A DNA stretch of 64,000 nt. Origin: Bacteroidota bacterium (GTDB lineage: Bacteria > Bacteroidota > JABWAT01). Both the position numbers and the translations under genes were made by a program. The stretch's first letter is position 1, and every line of letters starts with the position of its first letter. The stretch covers positions 15,508 through 79,507 of the forward strand of contig JAKLJL010000008.1 in NCBI GenBank assembly GCA_023151185.1. Direction: 5' to 3'. Below, piece after piece: positions 54,155-62,941 of this stretch. Under the pieces are notes generated by a model. It was not told where the DNA came from, did no database searches, and saw nothing but the letters and a program-made list of their open reading frames with translations.

Positions 54155-55918
54155 ATGCACCGTTTCTTCCCCTTTTTCCTGTTTTTTCTGGCCGTTCCTG
54201 CTTTGGCACCGGCCCAGTCACCGGTCAGCCTGTTGCGGGCCGATTCTCTGGGAACCCATAAGGCCCTGAAACAGGGATTCCTTTCGGGCAATCAGATTAC
54301 TGTCCTGGTCCGAAATAACGGCTTTATTGGCAATTCTCTGGTCCCGGATGCGTTTTCCTGGAAACCAACCGGTTCCCACATCTATCTGAACGGAATGCAG
54401 ATGGTGGCCGGCGGTTCTTTTCCGTCACGGGTAACAGGCAAACAACCTTTTTACTCGGTCGAAACCTGGGTTCCCTACCCGGAGTTACTGGACGATCCGT
54501 CTGCAGGTCCTTCCTGGCTCTCTGAGGAAACCTGGGGCTGGAACCCGGTTCCCTATTACCTTGCCCCCGGGAAAGACCTCCTGTTGAAATCGGATCCAGC
54601 AACCTGGCCGGAAGTCTGGCCTGCGGCCCTGGGTTCTTCTGCTGAACCCGGGAAGTGGCCGGGGTGCCTGTATCCGTTTTCGCTTCCGGCGGCCGAAGAA
54701 ACCTTTTCGGTCATGGATGACAGTAAGGATGCCGAATTTACCAAATACCCGCATAATTTTTATCCGCTGATTTCGGATACACCCGCCACCCGAACTGACC
54801 CGGCTCACTGGTACAATCCCAAAATCAGAAAGGGATTGGGGCTAAGAGCTCAGAACCGGATTCTTCAATGGACCTCCGGCGGACTGAAAGACGCCCTTCT
54901 GATCATCCGGGACGTGACCAATCTGTCTGATTACCCCATCGGGGATTTTACTTTTGGTGCCTGGATGGAACTGCGGGAAGAAGTCACTGAAAAAGAGGGA
55001 ATTGCAACCTTCCGGCCCGATCTGTCGTCGGTGTTCTGGACGGATTATGACCAGGTCATTCCTGGAAATCCCGGTGTTAAACCTGCAGTCATGGCTCTGG
55101 TTTTTCTTGAACTGCCGGCTTCACAGGCATTGGCGGCCAATCTGGCGGATGATGACAGTGACGGGTTGACCGATGAATCCCGTACGGATGGAATTGACAA
55201 TGACGGCGACTGGGGGCCAGCCGATGATCTGGGTGCCGATGGGCTTCCCGGAACCGGTGACCCGGGTGAAGGTGACGGACTTCCAACGGCCGGTGAGCCG
55301 GATTTTGACCGTACGGATCCGGATGAAGCTGACCAGACGCAGTTAAGCTCTCTTCTTCTTGGCTATCCGTATCAATCCGGATTTAAACCGGGAACCGATG
55401 ACAGTTTTTATCATACCCTCCTAACCGGCTCTGTTTTTTCTGAAGTCACAACCGGTGAGTTCAATGTGCTGCTTGCCGGTACAAAACCCCTTGCTGTTCT
55501 GCCCGGTGAAACCGTCAGGCTGGCCCAGGCGGTTGTCTTTGATTCAACTCAAACCGGACTGGAAGCCAAAGTCAGAAACCTGAGGCGGTTTTACCGTTCT
55601 GGGTTCAGAACCGATTCCATTGCCGCAGCAGTTGATCCCGGCCTGTCGGCCCCCGGCGCCCTGATCCTGCATCCGAATTTCCCGAATCCGTTCAATCCGG
55701 GAACCACCCTGGCGTTTACCCTCGCTCAGCCGGGAAAAATCCGGATTAAAATTGTCAACCCGCTCGGACAAGCCGTCAGGCAGTTTCCGGAAGAAGCCCG
55801 CCCGGCAGGATATCAGACGATCTACACCGATTTTACCGGATTGCCAAGCGGTCTGTATCTCGCTGTTCTGGAAACCGGTAACCGGATTTATTCCCGGAAA
55901 CTGATGCTGATCCGTTAA
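54155..55918 (+). CDS. secreted protein of unknown function with an acidic Ca-binding-like repeat core and a T9SS C-terminal sorting domain (paralogue A)
   Basis: Signal peptide ..VPALAPA/QS. Core ..DDDSDGLTDESRTDGIDNDGDWGPADDLGADGLPGTGDPGEGDGLPTAGEPDFDRTDPDEADQ.. . CTD ..LHPNFPNPFNPGTTLAF.. ..LPSGLYLAVLE.. ..RKLMLIR. Confidence 0.85.
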   Translation: MHRFFPFFLFFLAVPALAPAQSPVSLLRADSLGTHKALKQGFLSGNQITVLVRNNGFIGNSLVPDAFSWKPTGSHIYLNGMQMVAGGSFPSRVTGKQPFYSVETWVPYPELLDDPSAGPSWLSEETWGWNPVPYYLAPGKDLLLKSDPATWPEVWPAALGSSAEPGKWPGCLYPFSLPAAEETFSVMDDSKDAEFTKYPHNFYPLISDTPATRTDPAHWYNPKIRKGLGLRAQNRILQWTSGGLKDALLIIRDVTNLSDYPIGDFTFGAWMELREEVTEKEGIATFRPDLSSVFWTDYDQVIPGNPGVKPAVMALVFLELPASQALAANLADDDSDGLTDESRTDGIDNDGDWGPADDLGADGLPGTGDPGEGDGLPTAGEPDFDRTDPDEADQTQLSSLLLGYPYQSGFKPGTDDSFYHTLLTGSVFSEVTTGEFNVLLAGTKPLAVLPGETVRLAQAVVFDSTQTGLEAKVRNLRRFYRSGFRTDSIAAAVDPGLSAPGALILHPNFPNPFNPGTTLAFTLAQPGKIRIKIVNPLGQAVRQFPEEARPAGYQTIYTDFTGLPSGLYLAVLETGNRIYSRKLMLIR

Positions 55919-55933
55919 CACTTCAATCCGGAG

Positions 55934-57727
55934 ATGAATATGAAAGTTCTGTTTTTAATTTTATCCGCTTTGGTGCAGGTTCTGCCGCTTGCTGCACAGA
56001 CTGTTGACCTCGCCACGCTCCGGGCCGATTCACTCGGAACCCAGAAAGCCCGCCGTGAAGGAATCATGAATGGTAACCGGATCAGCACCCTGGTTTACAA
56101 TAACGGCGAAATCGGGCAATGGCCGTCATCCCCTTCCATCGAATGGCCGAAAGGCAGCCAACTTAGTTATCTGGATGGCCTTTGCTTTTTGGTTGGCGCC
56201 TCTGTTGATTCGGTCGTAAATCCGGTTAACCGGACAAAATTTAACCGGATCACCCCGCTTGAAACCCATTACCGGGAGGAAATGGATGAGACATCCACAG
56301 TGCCTTACCAATTGATATTTGAGCCCTGGGGGTTTACACCGCTTCCGGATTATTCCCATCCGGGTTCTTCAACTTTTGCCTTCAGTTCAGATCCTGCATC
56401 CTGGCCGGCTGTCTGGCCGGCAGCACTGGGCTGGCCACAGTCAAAAAACGGAACCTGGGTTACGGGAACCTATCCGTTTTCGGTTCAGACCGACCTGGAA
56501 TGCTTTTATGTGATGGATGATTCGAAAGATTGTGAATGGACCCGGCCCCCGAAAAGCTTCTACCCGATTCTGTCTGATACGCCTGCTGTTGCCACGACTC
56601 CTGGCAGTCAATGGTACAATCCGGCAATCCGGAAGGGACTTGGGCTCCGGGTGGAAAGCCGGTTGTTCCAGTGGAACCGGTCCGGTCTGGAGGATGCACT
56701 TTTCGGAACTCATGACGTGATCAATCTTTCTGACCACGATTATGATTCGGCGACAGTTGGGCTTTATGCCCAACCGGGTTTTGGAAGCAATCTGACTGTT
56801 GAGGATGGAAGCCCCAGATTTCAGGTGGGTCCCGATTATGTCCTGGTTCTCAACGGAGAGGGATATTTTCCGGGGCAACCGCAGGTTACTCCTGGGAAAA
56901 TGGCAGTCGTCCTGCTGGAAACTCCCGGCTGTTCGGATAATAACCGGGATGACGATCAGGATGGGCTCACCAATGAGTCGCAATTGGACGGACTGGATAA
57001 TGACGGTGACTGGTCTGCGGTGACTGATGATCTAGGGGAAGATGGGTTAAAAGAAACCGGCGACACGGGTGAGGGTGATGGACTTCCAACGGCCGGTGAA
57101 CCCAATTTTGATGCCACGGACCCGGATGAATCGGATCAGAACGGAATGCGTTCAGTGGTGGTTACCGAACTTTCAGGGAAATCCGTGCGCGACATCTGGC
57201 CGAGAAATGATGAAGTCGTCGTCAATAAAATGATGACAGAAAGAGTGGATACCGCTGGGCAGACTCCCAACATCCAGATTCTGATTTCGAATGGTACCTT
57301 CCTCTTGAAAAAAGGTGACCGGAGGCGGTTTGCCTTTGCACTTGTTATGGCCGAATCTGTGCCGGAGCTGATCGGAAAAATGAAAACCGTCCGTGCCTTT
57401 TATAACTCAGGTTACCGGTTTGTCTCTTCACCTGACAATGTGGAAGAAGCAGGAACTCTGCCGGGACAGGTTGCCCTGGATCAAAATTATCCGAATCCGT
57501 TTAATCCAGATACCCGGATTTCCTACCGGCTGCCGCAGGCCGGGCAGGTCCGGATGAGCCTGGTGAACACCCTGGGCCAGCAGATCCGGGTTCTGGAATC
57601 CGGGCTGAAACCGGCGGGAAGCCATTCGGTTTCCATTTCGCTCGGTGACCTGCCTTCCGGAGTGTATTTCTATACTCTGGAATCAGGGACTTTCCGCCAA
57701 ACCCGCAAACTGGTGCTGATGAAGTAA
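55934..57727 (+). CDS. paralogue B of the preceding T9SS-sorted protein
   Basis: Collinear similarity to paralogue A (LRADSLGTQKA.., ..WPAVWPAALG.., ..FYVMDDSKD.., ..WYNPAIRKGLGLR.., the acidic core). CTD ..LDQNYPNPFNPDTRISY.. ..LPSGVYFYTLE.. ..RKLVLMK. Confidence 0.85.
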   Translation: MNMKVLFLILSALVQVLPLAAQTVDLATLRADSLGTQKARREGIMNGNRISTLVYNNGEIGQWPSSPSIEWPKGSQLSYLDGLCFLVGASVDSVVNPVNRTKFNRITPLETHYREEMDETSTVPYQLIFEPWGFTPLPDYSHPGSSTFAFSSDPASWPAVWPAALGWPQSKNGTWVTGTYPFSVQTDLECFYVMDDSKDCEWTRPPKSFYPILSDTPAVATTPGSQWYNPAIRKGLGLRVESRLFQWNRSGLEDALFGTHDVINLSDHDYDSATVGLYAQPGFGSNLTVEDGSPRFQVGPDYVLVLNGEGYFPGQPQVTPGKMAVVLLETPGCSDNNRDDDQDGLTNESQLDGLDNDGDWSAVTDDLGEDGLKETGDTGEGDGLPTAGEPNFDATDPDESDQNGMRSVVVTELSGKSVRDIWPRNDEVVVNKMMTERVDTAGQTPNIQILISNGTFLLKKGDRRRFAFALVMAESVPELIGKMKTVRAFYNSGYRFVSSPDNVEEAGTLPGQVALDQNYPNPFNPDTRISYRLPQAGQVRMSLVNTLGQQIRVLESGLKPAGSHSVSISLGDLPSGVYFYTLESGTFRQTRKLVLMK

Positions 57728-57770
57728 ATCGTGGCGCCGGAGAAAAGTAAGAAATTAAACCTCACTCTGA

Positions 57771-57792
57771 CCCTCCCCGTTCCCGGGGAGGG
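57771..57792. other. GC-rich perfect hairpin downstream of paralogue B (weak terminator or REP-like element)
   Basis: ccctccccg-ttcc-cggggaggg, a 9-bp perfect stem. No convincing T-run follows on the plus strand. Confidence 0.4.
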
Positions 57793-58251
57793 AATTTCAG
57801 AACTTTCTTTGGGCCACCGGGTCAAGGGTGTTTTTCTGGGGGTGGAAGTACTCACTCTGGTTCCACAACGAAAGTCCAACGAAAGACGGACGTAAAACGG
57901 ATACACTCAGGGTACAGGAAAGAGCCATCGGCAGGTGGAAGTTCCACGGTGCTTTCACGGCTTAGCTGAGAACTGCGGAAACTTCTTTTACCACGAAACA
58001 CACGAAATGCACGAAAAGGGAACACTCTCCTTTTAATCTCCATTTTACTTTATTAGGGCAGGTTTGTGGTGGAGATCTTTTATTGATAAAAAAGGGCGGT
58101 TGGAATTTTCTGGAAAACATCACAGATCCAGCCAGTTCTATTTTTAATAGATGTTATAATATGTCACGTAATGTGGTGGGATAGATGTTGTATTGCATGA
58201 TGATAAATAATAGTTTTGTTAAAAACAGTTTTAACCTGTCCTCTCGAAATT

Positions 58252-59301
58252 ATGAAAATCAAACACTCTTTTTTTCTTTTGATCCTGTTAAACCTCACGA
58301 GCATTGCCGGTTGTGAGAATCCAACAGGACCAAATAGTAAACCAGATTTGGATACAACAAATCATACAAAAGCTTGGTCAATCGAAAAAATGGGAGGCTA
58401 TGGGTCTGTATTAAACGATGTTGCAATTGTAAATGATACCTGCCTCTGGGTGTTTGGGATTTTATATGACAGCACTTCAGAAGGAAACAGATGGAATGCA
58501 GCAAAATGGAATGGTAAAGCCTGGACATATTTTCAAATTATGTTCAAGATGTATAATCCACCTATTGGAGTTCCGGAAGTGATTACAGCCTGGTTCGACA
58601 AAGAAAACACGATTTGGCTGATTTCAGAGGTAGGCTCCTATTGCAAAATGTCAATTGACGGGGCTTTACTTGAAACAGAGTTAAACTATGTGGATAAAGG
58701 ACTCCCAAGGAAAATTTGGGGATTCAAACCTGATCATTGGTTTTTAGCAGGGTCTCGTGGTTCGGTTACCGAATTTGATGGGAAAAGCCTGAAATTACTT
58801 GATACCCAAACCAATATTCACTTAAGTTCAGTTTCTGGTAATGAGGACGGGACTCGGGTATTTTTCTCTGGGTTCGAGTTATTTGGTGAGGGGAGAAGTT
58901 GTTTGATAAAGAAGGAGAATTCAACACTTTCACTGCTTATTACCCGGGATCCAACCAAGGGGGAAAAAAACTTATCCGTCAGTTGGTATAATCCAAAATC
59001 TGATAAAATCTGGATTTTCAATGATAATAGCTTTGGCTATTTCAAAAATCCCAATTTCACAGATTTTACTTCTTCAGGTAAAGGAACATTTTTCCCGGAA
59101 GCAATAACAGGTACAGGTGATAACAATATCTTTATAGCAGGTCATTTGGGTGGGATCTCACACTTTAATGGGGCTTCACTTTACGAGTATCCTGATTTTA
59201 AAAATATTGTTTCAATTTTTTTGTCAATTGAGGTTTACAAAAATCAGGTTTTTGCAGTTGGTTTTTCAGATAAAAATGGTGTGTTGGTAATTGGAAGATA
59301 A
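58252..59301 (+). CDS. lipoprotein of unknown function encoded in an AT-rich island
   Basis: MKIKHSFFLLILLNLTSIAGC lipobox. It is rich in W, G, N and F with repeated ..W..G.. strands, possibly a beta-propeller. Codon usage is strongly A/T-biased, unlike the neighbouring genes. Confidence 0.7.
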   Translation: MKIKHSFFLLILLNLTSIAGCENPTGPNSKPDLDTTNHTKAWSIEKMGGYGSVLNDVAIVNDTCLWVFGILYDSTSEGNRWNAAKWNGKAWTYFQIMFKMYNPPIGVPEVITAWFDKENTIWLISEVGSYCKMSIDGALLETELNYVDKGLPRKIWGFKPDHWFLAGSRGSVTEFDGKSLKLLDTQTNIHLSSVSGNEDGTRVFFSGFELFGEGRSCLIKKENSTLSLLITRDPTKGEKNLSVSWYNPKSDKIWIFNDNSFGYFKNPNFTDFTSSGKGTFFPEAITGTGDNNIFIAGHLGGISHFNGASLYEYPDFKNIVSIFLSIEVYKNQVFAVGFSDKNGVLVIGR

Positions 59302-59423
59302 CAATAAATCAGGAAAGGGAAAGGTAATGAAATTTACAAACCGGTTTGGAAGAGTGAAAGGTATTTGAATTATTTTTTCTTTGTTTTTATTTCTTTATTG
59401 GCAGGGGGTTGCCATTGGTACCA

Positions 59424-59459
59424 GAAAATAAAAACTCTGCCGTGCGTCGGGCACGGCAG
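59424..59459 (-). terminator. hairpin with a T-run on the minus strand (second terminator-like element downstream of lon, or island boundary)
   Basis: ctgccgtgc-gtcgg-gcacggcag, a 9-bp perfect stem at 59437-59459. The plus strand is A-rich at 59425-59436. Confidence 0.5.
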
Positions 59460-59514
59460 GGCAGGGAAAGGATTTCTGTTGAGTAGGGTGGGTTCTTTTC
59501 CGGTGTGGCCGAAC

Positions 59515-59539
59515 TAAAAAAGGCGGTTTGTCACCGCCT
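59515..59539 (-). terminator. rho-independent terminator of lon
   Basis: aaaaa-aggcggt-ttgtc-accgcct. It lies 6 nt after the lon stop and is followed by a T-run on the minus strand. Confidence 0.75.
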
Positions 59540-59545
59540 TTCTGG

Positions 59546-61918
59546 TTATTTCTTTTCTTCGCCGGGAATCCGGTCGAGCAGTTTAGCCGGGTTCTGAACC
59601 GGTTTCCGGTCCAGTGCCAGATCGAGGACATCCCGCATCCGTTTCACGTAATGAATTTTCAGTCCGGAAACGGCATCCCGGGTCATATCTTTCACATCCT
59701 TCTGATTCCGCTCCGGCAGGATAATCTCCCGGATACCGGCCCGTTTGGCAGCCAGCACTTTTTCCTTGATCCCGCCGACGGGAAGAACCAGACCGCGCAG
59801 GGTGATTTCTCCTGTCATACTCAGTCCTGACCTTATTTTTCTCTGGGTAAAGATCGAGGTTACCGCACTCAGCATGGCCACTCCGGCCGAAGGTCCGTCT
59901 TTGGGAATTGCCCCGGCAGGAACGTGAATGTGCAGATCGAAATGGGTGAAAAACTTCTGGTCAATCCCGAACTCATGGGCATGGGCCTTAACGAAAGTGA
60001 TGGCTGCCTGCACCGACTCTTTCATGACATCGCCCAGTTGCCCGGTCAGGGTCAGGCGCCCGCTGCCGGGCATAATCCCCGCCTCGATAAACAGGATATC
60101 CCCGCCGACCGGTGTCCAGGCCATGCCGGTAGCAACACCGGGCATTTCGGTCTGTTCGGCCACGTCGCTGAAATATTTTTCGGGCCCGAGAATGGACTCC
60201 AGATCTTCTGTCAGGATTTCCTTTTTTGCCTTTTTGCCGGTTGCCTTGTTTTTGGCGACATTCCGGCAAACCGCCCCGATGGTCCGCTCCAGACTTCTGA
60301 CACCGGCTTCCCGGGTATAGGACCCGATCAGCTTTTTAAGGGTATCTTCCGGGATGGAAACGTCGCCTTCTTTCAGACCGTGTTCCTTCACCTGCCGCGG
60401 AATCAGATACTGGCGGGCAATCTGCAGTTTATCAATTTCGGTATAGCTCGACAGTTCAATAATTTCCATGCGGTCACGCAGCGGACCGGGAATAGTTTCC
60501 AGACTGTTGGCGGTTGCAATGAAAATGACCTTGCTCAGATCGTAAGGCACTTCCATATAATGATCCGAAAAGGAATGATTCTGTTCCGGATCGAGAACTT
60601 CGAGCAGGGCCGATGAAGGATCACCCCTGAAGTCCATCCCCAGTTTGTCAATTTCATCCAGCATGAAAACCGGATTGTCCGATTTTGCCTTCTTCATTCC
60701 CTGAAGAATCCGGCCGGGGAGGGCCCCCACGTAAGTCCGGCGGTGGCCTCTGATCTCGGCTTCATCCCGCACGCCGCCCAGCGAAATCCGGACAAAGTTT
60801 CGGCCCAGAGACCGGGCAATGGACTGGCCGAGTGAGGTTTTTCCCACGCCGGGAGGGCCGTAGAAACACAGAATCGGGCCTTTCATGTCCTGTTTTAGTT
60901 TCAGGACAGCCAGATATTCAAGAATTCTCTTTTTCACCTTTTCCAGGTCGTAGTGGTCTTCATTCAGGATTTTTTCGGCCTTTTTCAGATCCAGCACGTC
61001 GGCGGTGAATTCCCGCCAGGGCAGATCGAGCAGCCAGTCGATATAATTCCGGGTGACCGAGTAATCGGCAGCAGCCGGATTCTGACGCTGGAGTTTTTTG
61101 ATTTCGTGATCGAAAACGTCCTGAATTTCCTTCGGCCACTTTTTCTCCTTCGCCCGTTTTTTCAGTTCTTCGATATCGGCATCGGCCGAATCGCTTTCGC
61201 CAAGTTCGGCCTGAATGGCCTTGAGCTGCTGACGGAGGTAAAATTCCTTCTGGGCCTTTTCCATATCCGTCTTGACTTTTTGCTGGATTTCGGAACTTAG
61301 CTCCAGGGTACTCAGCTCCATCTGGATCTGGGCCAGGATCTTATCGGACAGGTCCTTCAGACTCCCGGTTTCGAGCAGTTCCTGTTTCAGATTCTGTGTT
61401 ACCGGCAGGTTTGAGGCAATGAAATACAGCAGCGCCGGCAGGGTGTCGATGTTTTCGATGGCAATTTTGGTTTCGTTGGGAATGTTCGGATTCAGATCAA
61501 TGAGCTGGTTGGACAGATTTTTCAGCGTGAGAATCAGGGCATCTGCTTCCGTTTTTTCTATTCCGTTTTCGGTCAGAAGATCAACTTCAGCCCTGAAAAA
61601 GGGCTCAGACTCATGAAATGACCTGATCTGAAACCGGTCGGATCCCTGAATGACCACCGATTGGGAGCCATCGGGCAGTTTCAGCAGTTTTAGAATATTG
61701 ACGACAGTCCCCACCCGGTACAGATCGTTCGATTCCGGGTCTTCATTTTTGGGATCTTTCTGGGCGACGACCCCCATGATTTTATCCTTCTTCAGGACTT
61801 CTTCGATGAGTTTCTGCGATTTGGGCCGCCCGATGGTAATCGGGATGATGACTCCCGGAAAAATGACCGTATTCCTCAGCGGAAGAATCGGCAGCAGTTT
61901 TGTATTGACTGTTTCCAT
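59546..61918 (-). CDS. lon: ATP-dependent Lon protease (LonA, endopeptidase La)
   Basis: N-terminal LON domain ..LPILPLRNTVIFPG.., Walker A ..GPPGVGKTS.., ..MLDEIDK.., and the proteolytic site ..PKDGPSAGVAM.. with the downstream Lys ..GEITLRG.VLPVGGIKEK.. . Confidence 0.96.
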   Translation of the reverse strand: METVNTKLLPILPLRNTVIFPGVIIPITIGRPKSQKLIEEVLKKDKIMGVVAQKDPKNEDPESNDLYRVGTVVNILKLLKLPDGSQSVVIQGSDRFQIRSFHESEPFFRAEVDLLTENGIEKTEADALILTLKNLSNQLIDLNPNIPNETKIAIENIDTLPALLYFIASNLPVTQNLKQELLETGSLKDLSDKILAQIQMELSTLELSSEIQQKVKTDMEKAQKEFYLRQQLKAIQAELGESDSADADIEELKKRAKEKKWPKEIQDVFDHEIKKLQRQNPAAADYSVTRNYIDWLLDLPWREFTADVLDLKKAEKILNEDHYDLEKVKKRILEYLAVLKLKQDMKGPILCFYGPPGVGKTSLGQSIARSLGRNFVRISLGGVRDEAEIRGHRRTYVGALPGRILQGMKKAKSDNPVFMLDEIDKLGMDFRGDPSSALLEVLDPEQNHSFSDHYMEVPYDLSKVIFIATANSLETIPGPLRDRMEIIELSSYTEIDKLQIARQYLIPRQVKEHGLKEGDVSIPEDTLKKLIGSYTREAGVRSLERTIGAVCRNVAKNKATGKKAKKEILTEDLESILGPEKYFSDVAEQTEMPGVATGMAWTPVGGDILFIEAGIMPGSGRLTLTGQLGDVMKESVQAAITFVKAHAHEFGIDQKFFTHFDLHIHVPAGAIPKDGPSAGVAMLSAVTSIFTQRKIRSGLSMTGEITLRGLVLPVGGIKEKVLAAKRAGIREIILPERNQKDVKDMTRDAVSGLKIHYVKRMRDVLDLALDRKPVQNPAKLLDRIPGEEKK

Positions 61919-62131
61919 ATCACCTTTCGTGAATCATCCCTGCTCAAACGGGCGGTGGTTCGCCTGCCGGCTTCAGCACGGATGACTGTGAGTGTTGAAT
62001 TTGTTACCTTTGCACCTGAAAAAACAGGCGTGACGGCTGAACGTTGCAAAATCAATACCAAAAAATTTCTGCCAGTCCTGCGGGACTTTGTGACAGAATG
62101 TCGGGAAACACCGGCCAGGCAAGAGGAAAGC

Positions 62132-62863
62132 ATGAAGTGTGATGTAATTTTTTTCGGGGCACACCCGGATGATGTTGAACTGGGCTGCGGCGGGACCGTA
62201 CATAAACTGGTCAGGCAGGGGTACACTGTAGGAATTGTAGATCTGACCCGCGGCGAGCTGGGAACCCGGGGTGATGAAGCCACCCGGAAGGCTGAGGCCG
62301 AAGAAGCAGCCCGGATTTTAGGGGTTGCCGTGCGGGATAACTGCGGCCTGACGGATGGCCATCTGGAACTGAACCGGGAAAATAAGGCGAAGGTCATTAC
62401 CATGATCCGGAAGTACCAGCCCGATCTGGTTATTCTGCCTTACCCTTCTGACCGGCATCCCGATCATGTGAATGCCTCACGGCTGATAAAAGAGTGTGTT
62501 TACTATGCCGGAACCGAAAAATGGCCCACCGGGATTCCGGTTTCTGAACTGCCGGCCTTCCGCCCGAAAAGTTATTTGTATTACATGCTGGCCGAACCGT
62601 TTACACCCAATCTTCTGGTGGATATTACCGAAGAATTTGACGTCCGCCAGAAAGCCTTTCAGGCCTATAAATCCCAGTTTTTCGTTCCGGGTCATACCTC
62701 ACAGGACAAGGAAACCTGGATTTCACGCCCCGAATTTGCTGAAAGTCTGGTTGCCCGGGTCCAGTTTTACGGATTCCAGTCGGGAACCCGGTATGCAGAA
62801 CCGTTTTTCTCGGAACAGCCGGTCCGGCTGGATAATTTAATGACGGTTGCCGGAAGGAAATAA
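62132..62863 (+). CDS. bshB: PIG-L/LmbE-family N-acetylglucosaminyl deacetylase, BshB1-like (bacillithiol biosynthesis)
   Basis: MKCDVIFFGAHPDDVELGCGGT.. ..DLTRGELGTRG.. ..R..EA..AA.ILG.. ..P...DRHPDH.. . The ATG at 62132 matches the family N-terminus. Confidence 0.82.
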   Translation: MKCDVIFFGAHPDDVELGCGGTVHKLVRQGYTVGIVDLTRGELGTRGDEATRKAEAEEAARILGVAVRDNCGLTDGHLELNRENKAKVITMIRKYQPDLVILPYPSDRHPDHVNASRLIKECVYYAGTEKWPTGIPVSELPAFRPKSYLYYMLAEPFTPNLLVDITEEFDVRQKAFQAYKSQFFVPGHTSQDKETWISRPEFAESLVARVQFYGFQSGTRYAEPFFSEQPVRLDNLMTVAGRK

Positions 62864-62941
62864 GCGGGCCGGGAAGCCAATCGGCTCCCTTCAGGGTAGA
62901 AACCAGACCGATTTAACCAGTTTTATAAATAGAAGTCACAC

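Noticed and set aside
59924-60616. 230-aa and 130-aa plus-strand ORFs inside lon. The same applies to the other long antisense ORFs: 61876-62403 within bshB, 56441-56983 within T9SS paralogue B, and 38076-38669 within mlaD.
   Set aside because: Each overlaps a strongly supported gene on the other strand. They are typical long antisense ORFs of moderately GC-rich coding DNA.
61955-62131. A 59-codon N-terminal extension of the bshB ORF, and a TAccTTTG (Bacteroidota -7-like) motif at 62005-62012.
   Set aside because: The family N-terminus (MKCDVIFFGAHPDD) starts at 62132. The promoter-like octamer lacks a properly spaced -33 TTTG, so I do not call a promoter.
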